Shown: positions 1-10,554 of the stretch, piece by piece | Position numbering within the stretch: position 1 is the stretch's first letter | How the letters are laid out: every line of letters begins with the position of its first letter | NCBI GenBank assembly: GCA_963770565.1 | Contig: CAVYQE010000001.1 | Location: 1,184,001 to 1,248,000 of the forward strand | Direction: 5' to 3' | DNA: 64,000 nt | From: an uncultured Actinomycetota bacterium | GTDB taxonomy: Bacteria; Actinomycetota; Actinomycetes; JAFAQI01 | The notes under the pieces: generated by a model | The model's database searches: none | Told to the model about the DNA's origin: nothing | Seen by the model: only the letters and a program-made list of their open reading frames with translations | Made by a program: the position numbers and the translations under genes

Positions 1-2521
1 CCGGGCCGGCCAGGGCAGCAGCATCGACATGACCGGGGCACCTGGGATCGGCAAGACCAGATTGCTCTCGGAGCTGACCGCGATCGCTGGTGACGCGACC
101 GTCCTCGCCGCGGCGGCCGAGCCATACCGCTCGTCCTCGCCGTACGCGTTGGTGCAGCCACTGGTAGTGCAGGCCCTCGGGCTGGACGACGCCGAGCCCA
201 CTGACGTCGTCGCGGCGCTGACCGCATGGTGTTGCGATCGGGCGCCGGACCTGGCGGCGCACCTTCCCCTGCTCGGGCCGCTGCTGGGTACGACGATCGA
301 GGAGACCCCGCAGACCCGCGATCTCGCTCCGGAGTTCCGCGCCGAGCGAATGCAGCAGCTCGTCGTGGATCTGCTCGAGCGGGCGTTGCCGGATCCGACC
401 GTCCTCGTCGTCGACGACATGCAGTTCGCCGACGAGGCGTCGGATGAGCTGCTGCGTCGGATCGCCCGCGCCGCAGTCGGACGGCCCTGGCTGGTTGTCC
501 TTGCCGGTCGCGAGGAGCCGGCCGACACCGATGCCCCGGCGGATCGGTCGCGAACGATCATGCTGGGGCCGTTGACGATCGAGGAGTCGATGGTGCTCAC
601 CGGTGCTGACACCGATGACGCACCGCTCCCGCCTCACGTCACCGACACCGTCGTCCGTCGAAGCGGCGGCAACCCGTCGTTCCTCCGGCAGCTCGCCGCG
701 GCCGCGCACACGGTCGCAGACGTCGACCAGCTGCCGGACTCGATCGAGAGCGTGGTTGCTGCACGGATCGACCGGCTGCGGCCGGTGGCGCGCGAGCTGC
801 TGCGGGCGATGGCGGTCGCCGGGATGGCGGTCGACACCGATCTGCTTGAGGAGCTGCTTGCCGACGAGTCGACCCGGCTGGCTGCGGTGATGGCCGAGCT
901 CTGGGAGTACATCGCAGCCGACGGGACCGAGCTGCGCTTCCGGCAGGCGGTGATCCGCGACACGGCCTATGAGGGGCTGTCATACCGGCGCCGCACCGCA
1001 CTGCACGCGCGGCTGGCTGCGCTCCTTGCCCGGCGCCATCGAAGCGACACCAGCCCGGTCGACGCCCTGTTGTCCGCGCACTATCTCCATGGCGCGCAGC
1101 ACCTCGAGGCTCTCCACGCGGCTCGCCGGGCCGCGGATCGGGCCGCGGCGGCGTACGCGAACGCCGATGCCGCGGTGCTGTATGCGCGGGCGTTGACCGC
1201 GGCCGGCCGACTTCCGGAGGCCGACCAGTTGCTGCGGTCGGAGCTGCTCGAGCGACTCGGCGACGTGCAGGTGCTGCTCGGCGAGTACCGCGAGAGCGAC
1301 GCCAGCTATGCGGCCGCGATCCGTCCTCGCCGGGGCGAGCCCGAGGTGGTCGCGCGGATCGGTTTGAAGCAGGCCCGCAGTGCCGCCGACCGGCGCGGTG
1401 CCTACGCGCTTGCGCTGCGCCGGCTTCGCCGGGTCGAGGACGTACTCGACGGCGTTGCCGGGCCGGATGCGGCGGACCTGCGGTTGTCGATCCGGGTCAG
1501 GACCGCATTCGCGCGGTTCCGCCAGGGCCAGCTGATCACCGCGCGCGACAACTGCCTCGAGGTCCTTGCGCACGGCGATGACGAGCGCACCCCCAATGTC
1601 GTGGCCGATGCACTGGCGCTGCTCGACGTCGTCGAGATCAGCCTGGGCGAGGCGGGCGACCTCGATCGGGCCCCGCGGGCACTCCGCCTCAACGAGCGAC
1701 TCGGCGACCTGGCCGGACAGGCCCGGGTGCACACCCAGATGGGATATCGGCAGTACTTCGACGGTCGCTGGGACGAGGCGGTCGCGTCGTACTCGACTGC
1801 CCGAGACCTGATCGAGCGGGTCGGCGACCTCCCGAACGCCGCCCTGGCGAGCGCGAACATCGCGGAGATCCTGCTCGACCAAGGGCGGCTCGACGAGGCC
1901 GAGGCGATGCTGCGCGAGTCGGTGCGGATCTCGCGGGCGTCCGGATCGGAGAACGACGCGGCGTTCGCGCATTCCCTGCTCGGCCGGACCCTGGCCCGGC
2001 AGGGCGAGTTCGACGAGGCGGAGCGGTTGTTGCGCCGAGCGCGCGCGAGCTTTGCCGAGCAGGGGGCGAAGAGCGAGATCGTCGACGCGGACGCCTACCT
2101 CGCGGAGCTGCTTCTCCTGCGCGGGCAGCCGGCGGCCGCATTGGCGCTCGCAGAGCAAACCCGCACGGCCGCGGGCCGGCTGTCGGAGCGGCCGGTGCAG
2201 GGCCCGCTGCTACAGCGCATCATCGCCGGCTGTCACGACGCGCTCGGTGACGTCGAGGCGGCTGAGACTGCTTACGATACGGCGCTGGGGCTGGCGCGGG
2301 CGCGCGGCGCCGACCACGAGATTGCGTTCACGATCGCGTCGATGGTTGCCCGCACCCGCCTCGGCGGGCGCCCGGTCGAGCCGGCGCTGGTCGCCGAGAG
2401 CCAGCAGCTCCGGCGGCGGCTCGGCCTCTTGCTCGACCTGTCGGCGGCCGAGCAGACCCAGGCGTCGCTCGAGCTCCCCCGGCAGGAGTCGGTCGCCGCG
2501 CCGGCAGCCGTCAGCCCATGA
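1..2521 (+). CDS. AAA-ATPase (STAND-like) + TPR-repeat signalling/regulatory protein, 5' end probably outside window
   Basis: Frame is open from the window edge (RAGQGSSIDMTGAPGIGKT). Walker A GAPGIGKT, Walker B LVVDD, GGNP motif and C-terminal helical TPR-like repeats. Confidence 0.8.
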   Translation, partial: RAGQGSSIDMTGAPGIGKTRLLSELTAIAGDATVLAAAAEPYRSSSPYALVQPLVVQALGLDDAEPTDVVAALTAWCCDRAPDLAAHLPLLGPLLGTTIEETPQTRDLAPEFRAERMQQLVVDLLERALPDPTVLVVDDMQFADEASDELLRRIARAAVGRPWLVVLAGREEPADTDAPADRSRTIMLGPLTIEESMVLTGADTDDAPLPPHVTDTVVRRSGGNPSFLRQLAAAAHTVADVDQLPDSIESVVAARIDRLRPVARELLRAMAVAGMAVDTDLLEELLADESTRLAAVMAELWEYIAADGTELRFRQAVIRDTAYEGLSYRRRTALHARLAALLARRHRSDTSPVDALLSAHYLHGAQHLEALHAARRAADRAAAAYANADAAVLYARALTAAGRLPEADQLLRSELLERLGDVQVLLGEYRESDASYAAAIRPRRGEPEVVARIGLKQARSAADRRGAYALALRRLRRVEDVLDGVAGPDAADLRLSIRVRTAFARFRQGQLITARDNCLEVLAHGDDERTPNVVADALALLDVVEISLGEAGDLDRAPRALRLNERLGDLAGQARVHTQMGYRQYFDGRWDEAVASYSTARDLIERVGDLPNAALASANIAEILLDQGRLDEAEAMLRESVRISRASGSENDAAFAHSLLGRTLARQGEFDEAERLLRRARASFAEQGAKSEIVDADAYLAELLLLRGQPAAALALAEQTRTAAGRLSERPVQGPLLQRIIAGCHDALGDVEAAETAYDTALGLARARGADHEIAFTIASMVARTRLGGRPVEPALVAESQQLRRRLGLLLDLSAAEQTQASLELPRQESVAAPAAVSP

Positions 2522-4709
2522 CGTGCGGGTCGGCGGCGTTGGTGTCGATGACCACCTTCTCCGAGGTCTTGGTGAGGGTGATCGACTTCACGCACGGCCC
2601 GGTGAACTTCGGCAGGCAGACGGGGAGCAGGCCCTCGTAGTCCTGGTTCACCTTGTTGAAGTACGTCGTCTTCTGGTACAGGACGTCGAGGAACGGAGTC
2701 GGCTGGCCGTAACAGAACAGCACCGCGGGAATCGGGTTCTTCGGAGTCGCCGTGAAGGTCAAGGTGATGACCTTCGCCCGGTCGCCGGTGAACGTGAGGA
2801 TGCTCTGCACCGAGCCGGTGCACGGATGGATGACCCCGACGTTGCCGCCATACGTGGCGGTGATGATCGCGTTGCCGGTCCCGGCTTGCGCCTGCACCAC
2901 CGCGGACTGCCCGGTGGTCGGGCTGCTGGTGTTGACGTTGCAGGTCTGGCCGGATGGGCAGCTCGTCGCCGCGGCGTCGACGTCGAACGAGGCCGTCGTC
3001 GCGGGTGTCAGCCCGGCCGCCGAGGCGGTCAGGGTGTAGCCGAAGCCGTCTGCGTTGATGACGATCGGGGCGAAGTCGGCGACGCCGTGCACCGCCGTCG
3101 CGGTGAGTGTGGAGGTTGAGGTTGGGCCTCCGCTGACCACGAACTGAGCGTTGCCCGGGTTGTTCGCGAACGACAGGGTGACCGGGCCGGAGTATGACGG
3201 GTCCGTCGTCTTGTCGGGCTTGATCGCGGCAACGGTGATGTGTGTCGTGGTGCCGTCGGCGTTCGTCATCGATGTGTTGACCTGGGCGTTGACCGGCTGG
3301 TTGACGATGCTCAGCGCGGTCGCGGTGGGTGCGGGCGAGTAGGTCTCGGTGTCGGTCGCGCTGCCCTGCACCGCGTCCGGCGAACCGACCGTCACCGGGT
3401 CGGCAAGGCTGACCGGTGACGACCCGGCGGGCACCGCGACCTGCACTGGCATGGCGACCGGCGGCAGCGCACCGATCGGAGCCGCCGGGTGGGTGCACGT
3501 CACGGTCTGGCCGACCGGTGCCGGGCACGTCCAGCCGGTGCCGCCGAGTCCGGTCGGCTGTGGCGTGAGGTCGGTCGGGAACGTGTCGGTCAGGGTGATC
3601 TTGCGGGTCTCGTCGGCGCTCGTCACCGAGGGAGTCGCGGTGTAGGTGACGGTCTGGCCGGTCGTCGCGGTGCCGCCGCTGTTGTCGGTGAGCCCCACAC
3701 CGAGTACGGGTGGGGTGCCGTTGAGTGTCTGGACCGCCACCTGGGAGATCGTGTGGTAATCGGTCGAGGCGCCGGTCGACGCGGACCAGCCGAAGCTGAG
3801 CTGCTGCGGGACGCCGTTGCCGTTGACCCAGCTCGAGTCCGGAGCGAATGCGGTGTCGTCCGGCAGCGCGCCTGACTCGGTGACCGGTGCTGCCGCGCCG
3901 ATGGGCTGCACCTGGACCACCCAGCTGTCGGCCGGGACGTTGAACCCGCCGGCCGCGGTCAGAGCACCGCTCGTCGGGTTGACCGCCACCTCGACCGGCA
4001 CGTTCTGTGCGGTCGAGCTGTCGAGCGCGGTCGCGCCCAGCTGGTTGGTCGTCAGCTCGCAATAGCCGGCCGTGCCGCTGCCGGGGCCGCGCACCGTGAT
4101 CGACTCGGGGCTCTGCGGAAGGCTGCTGTTGCAACCGCTCCCGTCGAACGCGGAGTTGGTGTAGTTGCCGTAGACGTCGAGGCCGATCCCGAGGTAACCG
4201 TTGGTCAGGCCGGCGGTGCCGGCCGACACGTCAGCCGAATACCCGAGGTGGCCACCCGCGGGACCGAGGGTGATCGGCGAGGCGCTCGCGTTGTTGGGGT
4301 CGGAGGCGGCCAGGAAGAAGACGATGCCGTCGGCTGCAGTGCCGTTGTACTGGTAGCTGTTGAACGAGACGTCCAGGCCCAGCGAGGACGGGACGCTGGA
4401 GCTGTAGGCGACGCCACCTTCCTGATCAAGGGCGTTCGTGGTCAGCTGCAGGCCGGGGCTCGCCGCAATACCGCTCGCACAGCCCGGCAACGGTGTCTGC
4501 GAGGTGTCGGTGGATGCGGTCAGGCACGCGTCGTTGGACTCGGACACCGAGGCGGACGGCAGGGTCCAGTTGGGGGAGTTGGTGGTCGCGGCCGTGAACG
4601 ACTCGCTGACCAGCGTCGCGGTTGCGGCGTACGCACCGGCCTCGCTGCCGACGACCGTCAGCACACCGAACAGGACAGCAGCGACAGCGATTGAGACGCG
4701 AGATCTCAA
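2511..4709 (-). CDS. Secreted Thr/Ser/Pro-rich protein with L-type (legume) lectin-like domain and Ig-like/DUF11-like domains
   Basis: N-terminal signal peptide. Lectin-fold motifs ADGIVFFL, LGIGLDVYGNY and FGWSASTG. WTC...VTCT module typical of DUF11. Confidence 0.7.
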   Translation of the reverse strand: MRSRVSIAVAAVLFGVLTVVGSEAGAYAATATLVSESFTAATTNSPNWTLPSASVSESNDACLTASTDTSQTPLPGCASGIAASPGLQLTTNALDQEGGVAYSSSVPSSLGLDVSFNSYQYNGTAADGIVFFLAASDPNNASASPITLGPAGGHLGYSADVSAGTAGLTNGYLGIGLDVYGNYTNSAFDGSGCNSSLPQSPESITVRGPGSGTAGYCELTTNQLGATALDSSTAQNVPVEVAVNPTSGALTAAGGFNVPADSWVVQVQPIGAAAPVTESGALPDDTAFAPDSSWVNGNGVPQQLSFGWSASTGASTDYHTISQVAVQTLNGTPPVLGVGLTDNSGGTATTGQTVTYTATPSVTSADETRKITLTDTFPTDLTPQPTGLGGTGWTCPAPVGQTVTCTHPAAPIGALPPVAMPVQVAVPAGSSPVSLADPVTVGSPDAVQGSATDTETYSPAPTATALSIVNQPVNAQVNTSMTNADGTTTHITVAAIKPDKTTDPSYSGPVTLSFANNPGNAQFVVSGGPTSTSTLTATAVHGVADFAPIVINADGFGYTLTASAAGLTPATTASFDVDAAATSCPSGQTCNVNTSSPTTGQSAVVQAQAGTGNAIITATYGGNVGVIHPCTGSVQSILTFTGDRAKVITLTFTATPKNPIPAVLFCYGQPTPFLDVLYQKTTYFNKVNQDYEGLLPVCLPKFTGPCVKSITLTKTSEKVVIDTNAADPHVMG

Positions 4710-5148
4710 GGTTCTCCCCTTACTTGCGACCGTGCCGAATCTCCCCGTGAGTGAGGCCTGACTTTACGCACAGAATCCGTTGCGCCGCAGGGATTCCGTG
4801 ACCTCGGATCGGCTGCTCATCCTTGGTGCCACACAACGCGCATTAGATGCTGAAATGCGGCTCAGATCACCGTCGCGGTAGCAGTGGGCGACTACGTTGA
4901 TCGACAGTTGAACGACGCGTGAACGCCAGCCGACGTCGGCCGGTTTGCTACTGCTCCGACATCCCTCGTCGGGTTCGAAGTGCTTACCAACGTCTACATC
5001 GAGCCCGACTTCGGCATCGTGGACCTGCGGACGGTGGGTGTCGGCGGGTAAGCCGGCAGATGAGATCCGTTCTGCGGGGCCAGCGCATCTTCATATCCGG
5101 TCGCTGGGTTGGCCCCGCAGAACGCTGCAGCGACTCATTCGCGAAGCG

Positions 5149-5856
5149 TCAGCCGCTCGGACCGAAGCTCTCGACCCGGATCGCCGACGGGGTCACGCCG
5201 ACCTCGCAGAGAAGATCGCTCGCCGACTCGGTGAACGCCGGCGACCCGCAGACGAAGTAGGTGGCGTCGGCGACCAGCATCGGTTGCAGATCAGTGGTGG
5301 TCAGCCGCCCCGCAGCCCGACCGCCATTGGTGGTCTCACGGGTCAGGACGACCACGTCGTGGTCCTGTTCGAGTTCCTCGGCAAAGAGAACGTCGCCGGC
5401 CGTTCGCGCGGACACCACGAGCCGGAAGAGGTCGACCTGCCCGAGACTCACCGCCAGGCGCTGCATGGCGATCAGCGGCACGATGCCCGAGCCGCCGGCC
5501 ACGCCAACGGCGGGCCGGTCCCCGGTCCAGACGAACCAGCCACCGATCGGACCACGGACGTCGAGCTCGTCACCTACGGCCGCGACGTCGGCGAGGTATG
5601 TCGACACCTCACCGTCCTCCAGTCGCTCGACATACAGCTCGACCAGCTCGTCGCCCGGCGCGGAGGCGACCGAATAGGACCGCTGCGCCGTATAGCCGTC
5701 CTCGGCCGTGAGTCGTACGACGTAGTGCTGGCCCGCCCAGTGGGCAATGCGGTCGCGCACCTCGATCCGTAGCGCAACGCCGTGCGACGTCGGATGCGTG
5801 ACGTCGCGGATGGTCGCCCGCTTCCATGCGCCGGTCGGTGCGCGCCGGTCAGTCAC
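5149..5856 (-). CDS. Ferredoxin reductase-like FAD/NAD(P)-binding oxidoreductase
   Basis: RSYSVAS, GEVSTYL, GGSGIVP and VCGSP motifs. GTG start at 5856 overlaps the 3' end of the upstream gene. Confidence 0.88.
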   Translation of the reverse strand: MTDRRAPTGAWKRATIRDVTHPTSHGVALRIEVRDRIAHWAGQHYVVRLTAEDGYTAQRSYSVASAPGDELVELYVERLEDGEVSTYLADVAAVGDELDVRGPIGGWFVWTGDRPAVGVAGGSGIVPLIAMQRLAVSLGQVDLFRLVVSARTAGDVLFAEELEQDHDVVVLTRETTNGGRAAGRLTTTDLQPMLVADATYFVCGSPAFTESASDLLCEVGVTPSAIRVESFGPSG

Positions 5857-6475
5857 CTTGGTACCGCTGCTCACGCCACGGGTCGCCGAGATCGTGATAG
5901 CCGTTGCGTTCCCAGAATCCCGGTTGATCGTGATCGAGCAGGGTCAGTTTCGTGACCCACTTCGCGCTTTTCCAGAAGTAAAGATGGGGGACCAGTAGCC
6001 GAACCGGTCCGCCGTGTTCGCGGGGCAATGGCTCGCCGTCATGCGACCAGACCACCCAGGCTTGGCCACCGCGGAGGTGCTCGAGCGGGAAGTTCGTCGT
6101 ATAACCGGTGGTCGAGGTGGCGAGGACGTGGGTGGCCTGCGCCATCGGCCCGACCTGGTCGAGCAGGACGTCGACGCTGACGCCGCCGAACGTCGTGTCG
6201 AACTTCGACCACGTGGTCACGCAGTGAATGTCGCCGTGGAACTCGGATTGCGGGAGCTCGTGCATCTCCCGCCAGGTCCAGCTTCGCCCTTCAAGAACCA
6301 GCCCGTCGACCGTCATCGTCCACTGTTCGGGGTCCAGCCTCGGAAGCACTTCTGCAGTCAGGACGGGGAAGCCGGCACCGACGTCGTACTGTCCTGGCGG
6401 CAGCCGGTCGCCATGCGCAGCCCTGCCCCTACCGATGAAGCCTCGACTGATTCCGGCCACTGCAAGCGCCTCCAT
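5849..6475 (-). CDS. Sulfite oxidase-like molybdopterin-dependent oxidoreductase
   Basis: LPPGQ, DIHCVTTWS (Moco Cys), HGGPVRLLVPHLYFWKSAKW and GFWERNGYH motifs. Confidence 0.9.
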   Translation of the reverse strand: MEALAVAGISRGFIGRGRAAHGDRLPPGQYDVGAGFPVLTAEVLPRLDPEQWTMTVDGLVLEGRSWTWREMHELPQSEFHGDIHCVTTWSKFDTTFGGVSVDVLLDQVGPMAQATHVLATSTTGYTTNFPLEHLRGGQAWVVWSHDGEPLPREHGGPVRLLVPHLYFWKSAKWVTKLTLLDHDQPGFWERNGYHDLGDPWREQRYQGD

Positions 6476-6563
6476 CCATGGAAGTAATGCATAAGGCTAG
6501 AGAGTCGTCGGTCGGCGAGCCAGTCAGAAGTCGATCCGCGGGCGCGACTTCACGCGACCGGGT

Positions 6564-8603
6564 GTGACAAGCCGACAAGGCATGGCAAACTCTGTTCTCG
6601 TGCTGCATCGGTCCCCGGCGCTCCGAACTGCGTGCCTTCCGCGCCGCGGCCGATGGTTCGCGGCGATCGCGCTCACACTCGCGGCCACCGGCCTGATTGT
6701 TGCCGCGCCGGCGGCGGCCGGGGTCAAGGTCCCGGTCGTGAACGGGGTCTCGCCGGCCGCCGGCAAGACCGCCGGCCACAACGTCGTCACCGTCACGGGA
6801 TCGTCCTTCGATCACGTGTCGAGAGTGCTGTTCGGCTCGAGTGCTGGGAGCAAGATCCACGTCATCTCGAGCACCAAACTCACGGTCGTGGCGCCGAGGC
6901 ACGCGGCCGGCGTGGTCGACGTACGAGTGGAGGTCATGTCAGGATCGACCTCGAAGCTCTCGGCCAAACGATCCGTCGACCGCTATCACTTCTACGCGCC
7001 CCCGATTGTGGCCGGTGTATCGCCGAGCAAGGGGTCGCTCAGCGGCGGTAACACGGTGACGGTCACAGGTAGCGGGTTTCGCAGTGTGACCAGGGTCGAG
7101 TTCGGTACCACTGCGGGAACGCACACCACCGTCAAGTCGACGACCCGGCTCACTGTCGTCGCACCGAAGCATGAGACTGGCACCGTCGATGTCATCGTCC
7201 TCGGCATGTACGGCAGGTCGGCGAAGACGAGCAAGGACCGCTACCGCTACTCGTCGTCGGCGCCAACTTGGCATGCGACCGAAGCGCCTCTGCCTGCGCA
7301 CGCCAAGGCCCCCGAGTCGGTCACAGATGGCGTGGCGTGTTCAACATCGAGCTCATGCGTCGCGGTGGGCAACTACCTGGACGCGTCGAGTCATCAGCAG
7401 GGTCTGATCGACATGATGTCGGGACAGTCGTGGACGGGAACGAAATCGCCCGTGCCGGCCGGGGCGGGTGCGGACCCGCACGTCAGCTTGACCTCCGCCG
7501 CCTGCGAGGCCTCGGGCAGCTGCGTCGCAGTGGGGTCCTACATCGACCACAACGGCCACTCCCAGGGGCTGCTCGAGGCGAGGAAGGGCAGCAAGTGGGC
7601 CGCTACCGAGGCACCCCTGCCATCCGACGCCAACAGCGCCGCTGAGGCGCAGCTGACGTCGGTCGCATGTGCGCCGACCACCACGTGCGTCGCGATCGGT
7701 TCCTACCCCGACACCAACAGCGAGGCGCAGGGGGTGTTCGAGAAACTCTCCGGAGGAACCTGGGGCGGCGACGTCGAAGTGCCGCTGCCCAGTGGCGCCG
7801 GCGCCGACGTGGACACCGCCCTCGATGCGATCAGCTGCCCGACCTCGGGCAACTGCGTCGCGGTCGGCTCATACCTCGACGGTGGCGAGGAGCAGCAGGG
7901 GCTTATCGAGGTGCTCTCGAGTGGCAGCTGGCATGCGGTTGCTGCTCCGCTCCCGAGCAACGCCAACAGCCCGTTCCAGAACGTGAACCTCTACTCGGTG
8001 TCGTGCGCGTCAGCCGGCGCGTGCGTCGCGGTCGGCAAGTACGTCGACAACAGTGGCGACCGGCCCGAAGCCTTGATCGAGACGATCTCTGGCCAGTCGG
8101 CAACTCCGCTCGAGGCACCGCTTCCGAGCAACAGCGACCCAACCCCTGACGCGGTGCTCGGCTCGGTGTCCTGCCTCTCCGGATCGCCTTGTGTCGCGGT
8201 CGGCAACTACCTCGACAAGACGGTGGTGGGGGAAGGTCTGCTCGAGTCGATCGCGAGTCCGGGGTCCGCAACAGCGAGCCAGGCGCCGGGGCCGGCGAGC
8301 AGTGCTGGCGGTGGCACGTTCAGTCTCGAGTCCGTCGCGTGCGAACCCGGCGCCTGCACGGCAACCGGCTTCTTCTCGGACCGCAAAGGCGCCTACCACG
8401 CTGTTATCGACTCGCTCGCGCATAGCAAGTGGACGGCCTTGCAGGCCCCGCTGCCGGCCAACAACTACCACGGCACCTCAGTCTCACCCGAGCTCACTGA
8501 CCTCACCGAAACCGTGTACGCCGGCGACGGGACCTACGTCGCGATCGGCGAGTACCCCGACAAGAGGACCGACACCGAAGGCCTGATCGACTCGTTCTCC
8601 TAG
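6564..8603 (+). CDS. Secreted protein with two IPT/TIG domains and ~8 Cys-containing repeats (probable beta-propeller)
   Basis: Signal peptide ending AAA-G. Two 'P.V.GVSP..G...G.N.VTVTGS.F..V.RV.FG' IPT units. Repeats of the form 'APLP...SVSC.....CVAVG.Y.D....QGLIE'. Start codon uncertain. Confidence 0.75.
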   Translation: MTSRQGMANSVLVLHRSPALRTACLPRRGRWFAAIALTLAATGLIVAAPAAAGVKVPVVNGVSPAAGKTAGHNVVTVTGSSFDHVSRVLFGSSAGSKIHVISSTKLTVVAPRHAAGVVDVRVEVMSGSTSKLSAKRSVDRYHFYAPPIVAGVSPSKGSLSGGNTVTVTGSGFRSVTRVEFGTTAGTHTTVKSTTRLTVVAPKHETGTVDVIVLGMYGRSAKTSKDRYRYSSSAPTWHATEAPLPAHAKAPESVTDGVACSTSSSCVAVGNYLDASSHQQGLIDMMSGQSWTGTKSPVPAGAGADPHVSLTSAACEASGSCVAVGSYIDHNGHSQGLLEARKGSKWAATEAPLPSDANSAAEAQLTSVACAPTTTCVAIGSYPDTNSEAQGVFEKLSGGTWGGDVEVPLPSGAGADVDTALDAISCPTSGNCVAVGSYLDGGEEQQGLIEVLSSGSWHAVAAPLPSNANSPFQNVNLYSVSCASAGACVAVGKYVDNSGDRPEALIETISGQSATPLEAPLPSNSDPTPDAVLGSVSCLSGSPCVAVGNYLDKTVVGEGLLESIASPGSATASQAPGPASSAGGGTFSLESVACEPGACTATGFFSDRKGAYHAVIDSLAHSKWTALQAPLPANNYHGTSVSPELTDLTETVYAGDGTYVAIGEYPDKRTDTEGLIDSFS

Positions 8604-8721
8604 CTGCCGCCGACCCGGTCTGCGTCTCGCCGCAACTGCGCAGCCAGAGCTGCCGCCGGGCGGACCCGGCTCGGCGATCACGTCGCGAGACCCGCGGTGG
8701 CACCATCGAACTGGAGGCCGG

Positions 8722-10554
8722 ATGACAACTGGATCCCCCACCTCTGCGATCGCGCCCGAGCGGAAGCCCGAGCTTTCTGAGTCGAGCGAGCCCGCCGCCG
8801 GGGCGGTCGGGGCCTTGTTGTCCGTCAACGTCGGCTTGCCGAAAGAGGTGTCTTGGCAAGGGCGGACGGTCTTCACCGGGGTCTTCAAAGAGTCCGTGTC
8901 CGGTCCCTGCCGGGTCGGCCGACTCAACATCGACGGTGATGGTCAGGGCGATCTGGCCGGGCACGGCGGCGAGCAGCGCGCGGTGTTCGTCTACCAGATC
9001 GACTCGTATCAGTACTGGGAGCGCGAGCTCGGACGAGACGACTTCGTCTACGGCCAGTTCGGCGAGAACTTCACCGTGGACGGACTAGCGGACGACGAGG
9101 TCTGCATCGGGGATCGCTACCGCATCGGCAGCGCGGTCTTCGAGGTGACGCAACCTCGGGTCACCTGCTATCGGGTGGGCATCCGGATGAATGATCCGCA
9201 GATCCCTGCGTTGCTGGTCTCCCATCACCGTCCGGGCTTCTACTTCCGGGTGCTCGAAGAGGGCGAGGTGCAAGCGGGGGACGCCATCGTCAAGCTTGCG
9301 TCGGGACCCGAGCAGATCACCGTCGCCGAGGTCGACGCGCTGCTCTACCTGCCGGGGCACACGCGCCAAGGGCTGCTCCGAGCGCTCCGGGTTCCGGCGC
9401 TGAGCCCGGGCTGGCAGACCTCATTCCGGGCGCTGCTGAACGAGGAACCCGGCGGGGGCAACGCCGGCCTCGTCGTCACGAGCCCGCCGCCTGCGTGGCC
9501 GGGCTTTCGCGCGTTGACCGTCGCCGCAATCACGCACGAAAGCGAGTCGGCGATCTCGATCCGACTCGAGGATCCCACCGGCGCTCCGCTACCGGCGCCC
9601 CGCCCGGGTCAGTACCTCACCTTGCGGGTCCGGCCCGACCAGAGTCAGCGGGCGGTGTTGCGCAACTACTCGCTGTCCGGCCCACCCGGGGCGGGCTACT
9701 ACCGGGTCACCGTCAAGCGGGAACGCGCCGGGGCCGCGAGCGGCTATCTGCACAGCCGGCTGGCGGTCGGCGACCGACTCGACGTCGGCGCACCACGCGG
9801 GACGTTCATGCTTGATGAGACGCCCACTCCGGTGCTGCTGATCAGCGCCGGGATCGGTGCCACTCCAGTTCTCGCCATGCTTCAGGCGCTGGCGCAGCAA
9901 CGCTCCGATCGAGAGGTCTGGTGGCTGTTCGCCGCACGCGACGGTCGCGAGCACCCGTTCGCCGCCGAGAGCCGCGCCCTCCTCGCCTCGCTGCCGAACG
10001 CCCGGGCTTACGTCTTTTACAGCCGCCCCGAACCGGGTGACGTTCAGGGCCGCGACTTCGATCGCGCGGGACGTCTCACTTCGGCATTGCTTGCCGAGTT
10101 GAATCCACCGGCCGGTGCCGAGGCATACCTGTGCGGTCCGGCCGGCTTCATGGACGACATCAGCGCGGGGCTGGCCGCCCTGGGCTCTGATGCGTCTCAC
10201 ATCCACACCGAAGTGTTCGGGCCGGAGGCGGGCGTGACGCCGGGGATCGCATCGACACCGACGCGGGCACCCCATCCGCCAGCCGGTGAGCCCGGGAGCG
10301 GACCGACGATCGCGTTCGCCCGCAGCGACCTCACGATCCCGTGGAGCGCGGAGTACGGCACGCTGCTCGAACTGGCCGAGTCCTGCGACGTACCGGTCCG
10401 GTGGTCGTGCCGAACCGGGGTCTGTCACACCTGCGAGACGGCCCTCATCGCCGGCGATGTCGACTACAGCCCCGACCCGGTGGAACCGCCCGCTCAGGGC
10501 AGCCTGCTCATCTGCTGCTCCCAGCCCCGCGACGACATCGTGCTGGATCTGTAA
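8722..10554 (+). CDS. MOSC (YiiM-like) + FAD/NAD-binding + 2Fe-2S ferredoxin fusion oxidoreductase
   Basis: GDGQGD..HGG, FGENFT and QPRVTC (MOSC). RNYSLS and AGIGATP (reductase). CRTGVCHTC...LICC (2Fe-2S). Confidence 0.92.
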   Translation: MTTGSPTSAIAPERKPELSESSEPAAGAVGALLSVNVGLPKEVSWQGRTVFTGVFKESVSGPCRVGRLNIDGDGQGDLAGHGGEQRAVFVYQIDSYQYWERELGRDDFVYGQFGENFTVDGLADDEVCIGDRYRIGSAVFEVTQPRVTCYRVGIRMNDPQIPALLVSHHRPGFYFRVLEEGEVQAGDAIVKLASGPEQITVAEVDALLYLPGHTRQGLLRALRVPALSPGWQTSFRALLNEEPGGGNAGLVVTSPPPAWPGFRALTVAAITHESESAISIRLEDPTGAPLPAPRPGQYLTLRVRPDQSQRAVLRNYSLSGPPGAGYYRVTVKRERAGAASGYLHSRLAVGDRLDVGAPRGTFMLDETPTPVLLISAGIGATPVLAMLQALAQQRSDREVWWLFAARDGREHPFAAESRALLASLPNARAYVFYSRPEPGDVQGRDFDRAGRLTSALLAELNPPAGAEAYLCGPAGFMDDISAGLAALGSDASHIHTEVFGPEAGVTPGIASTPTRAPHPPAGEPGSGPTIAFARSDLTIPWSAEYGTLLELAESCDVPVRWSCRTGVCHTCETALIAGDVDYSPDPVEPPAQGSLLICCSQPRDDIVLDL

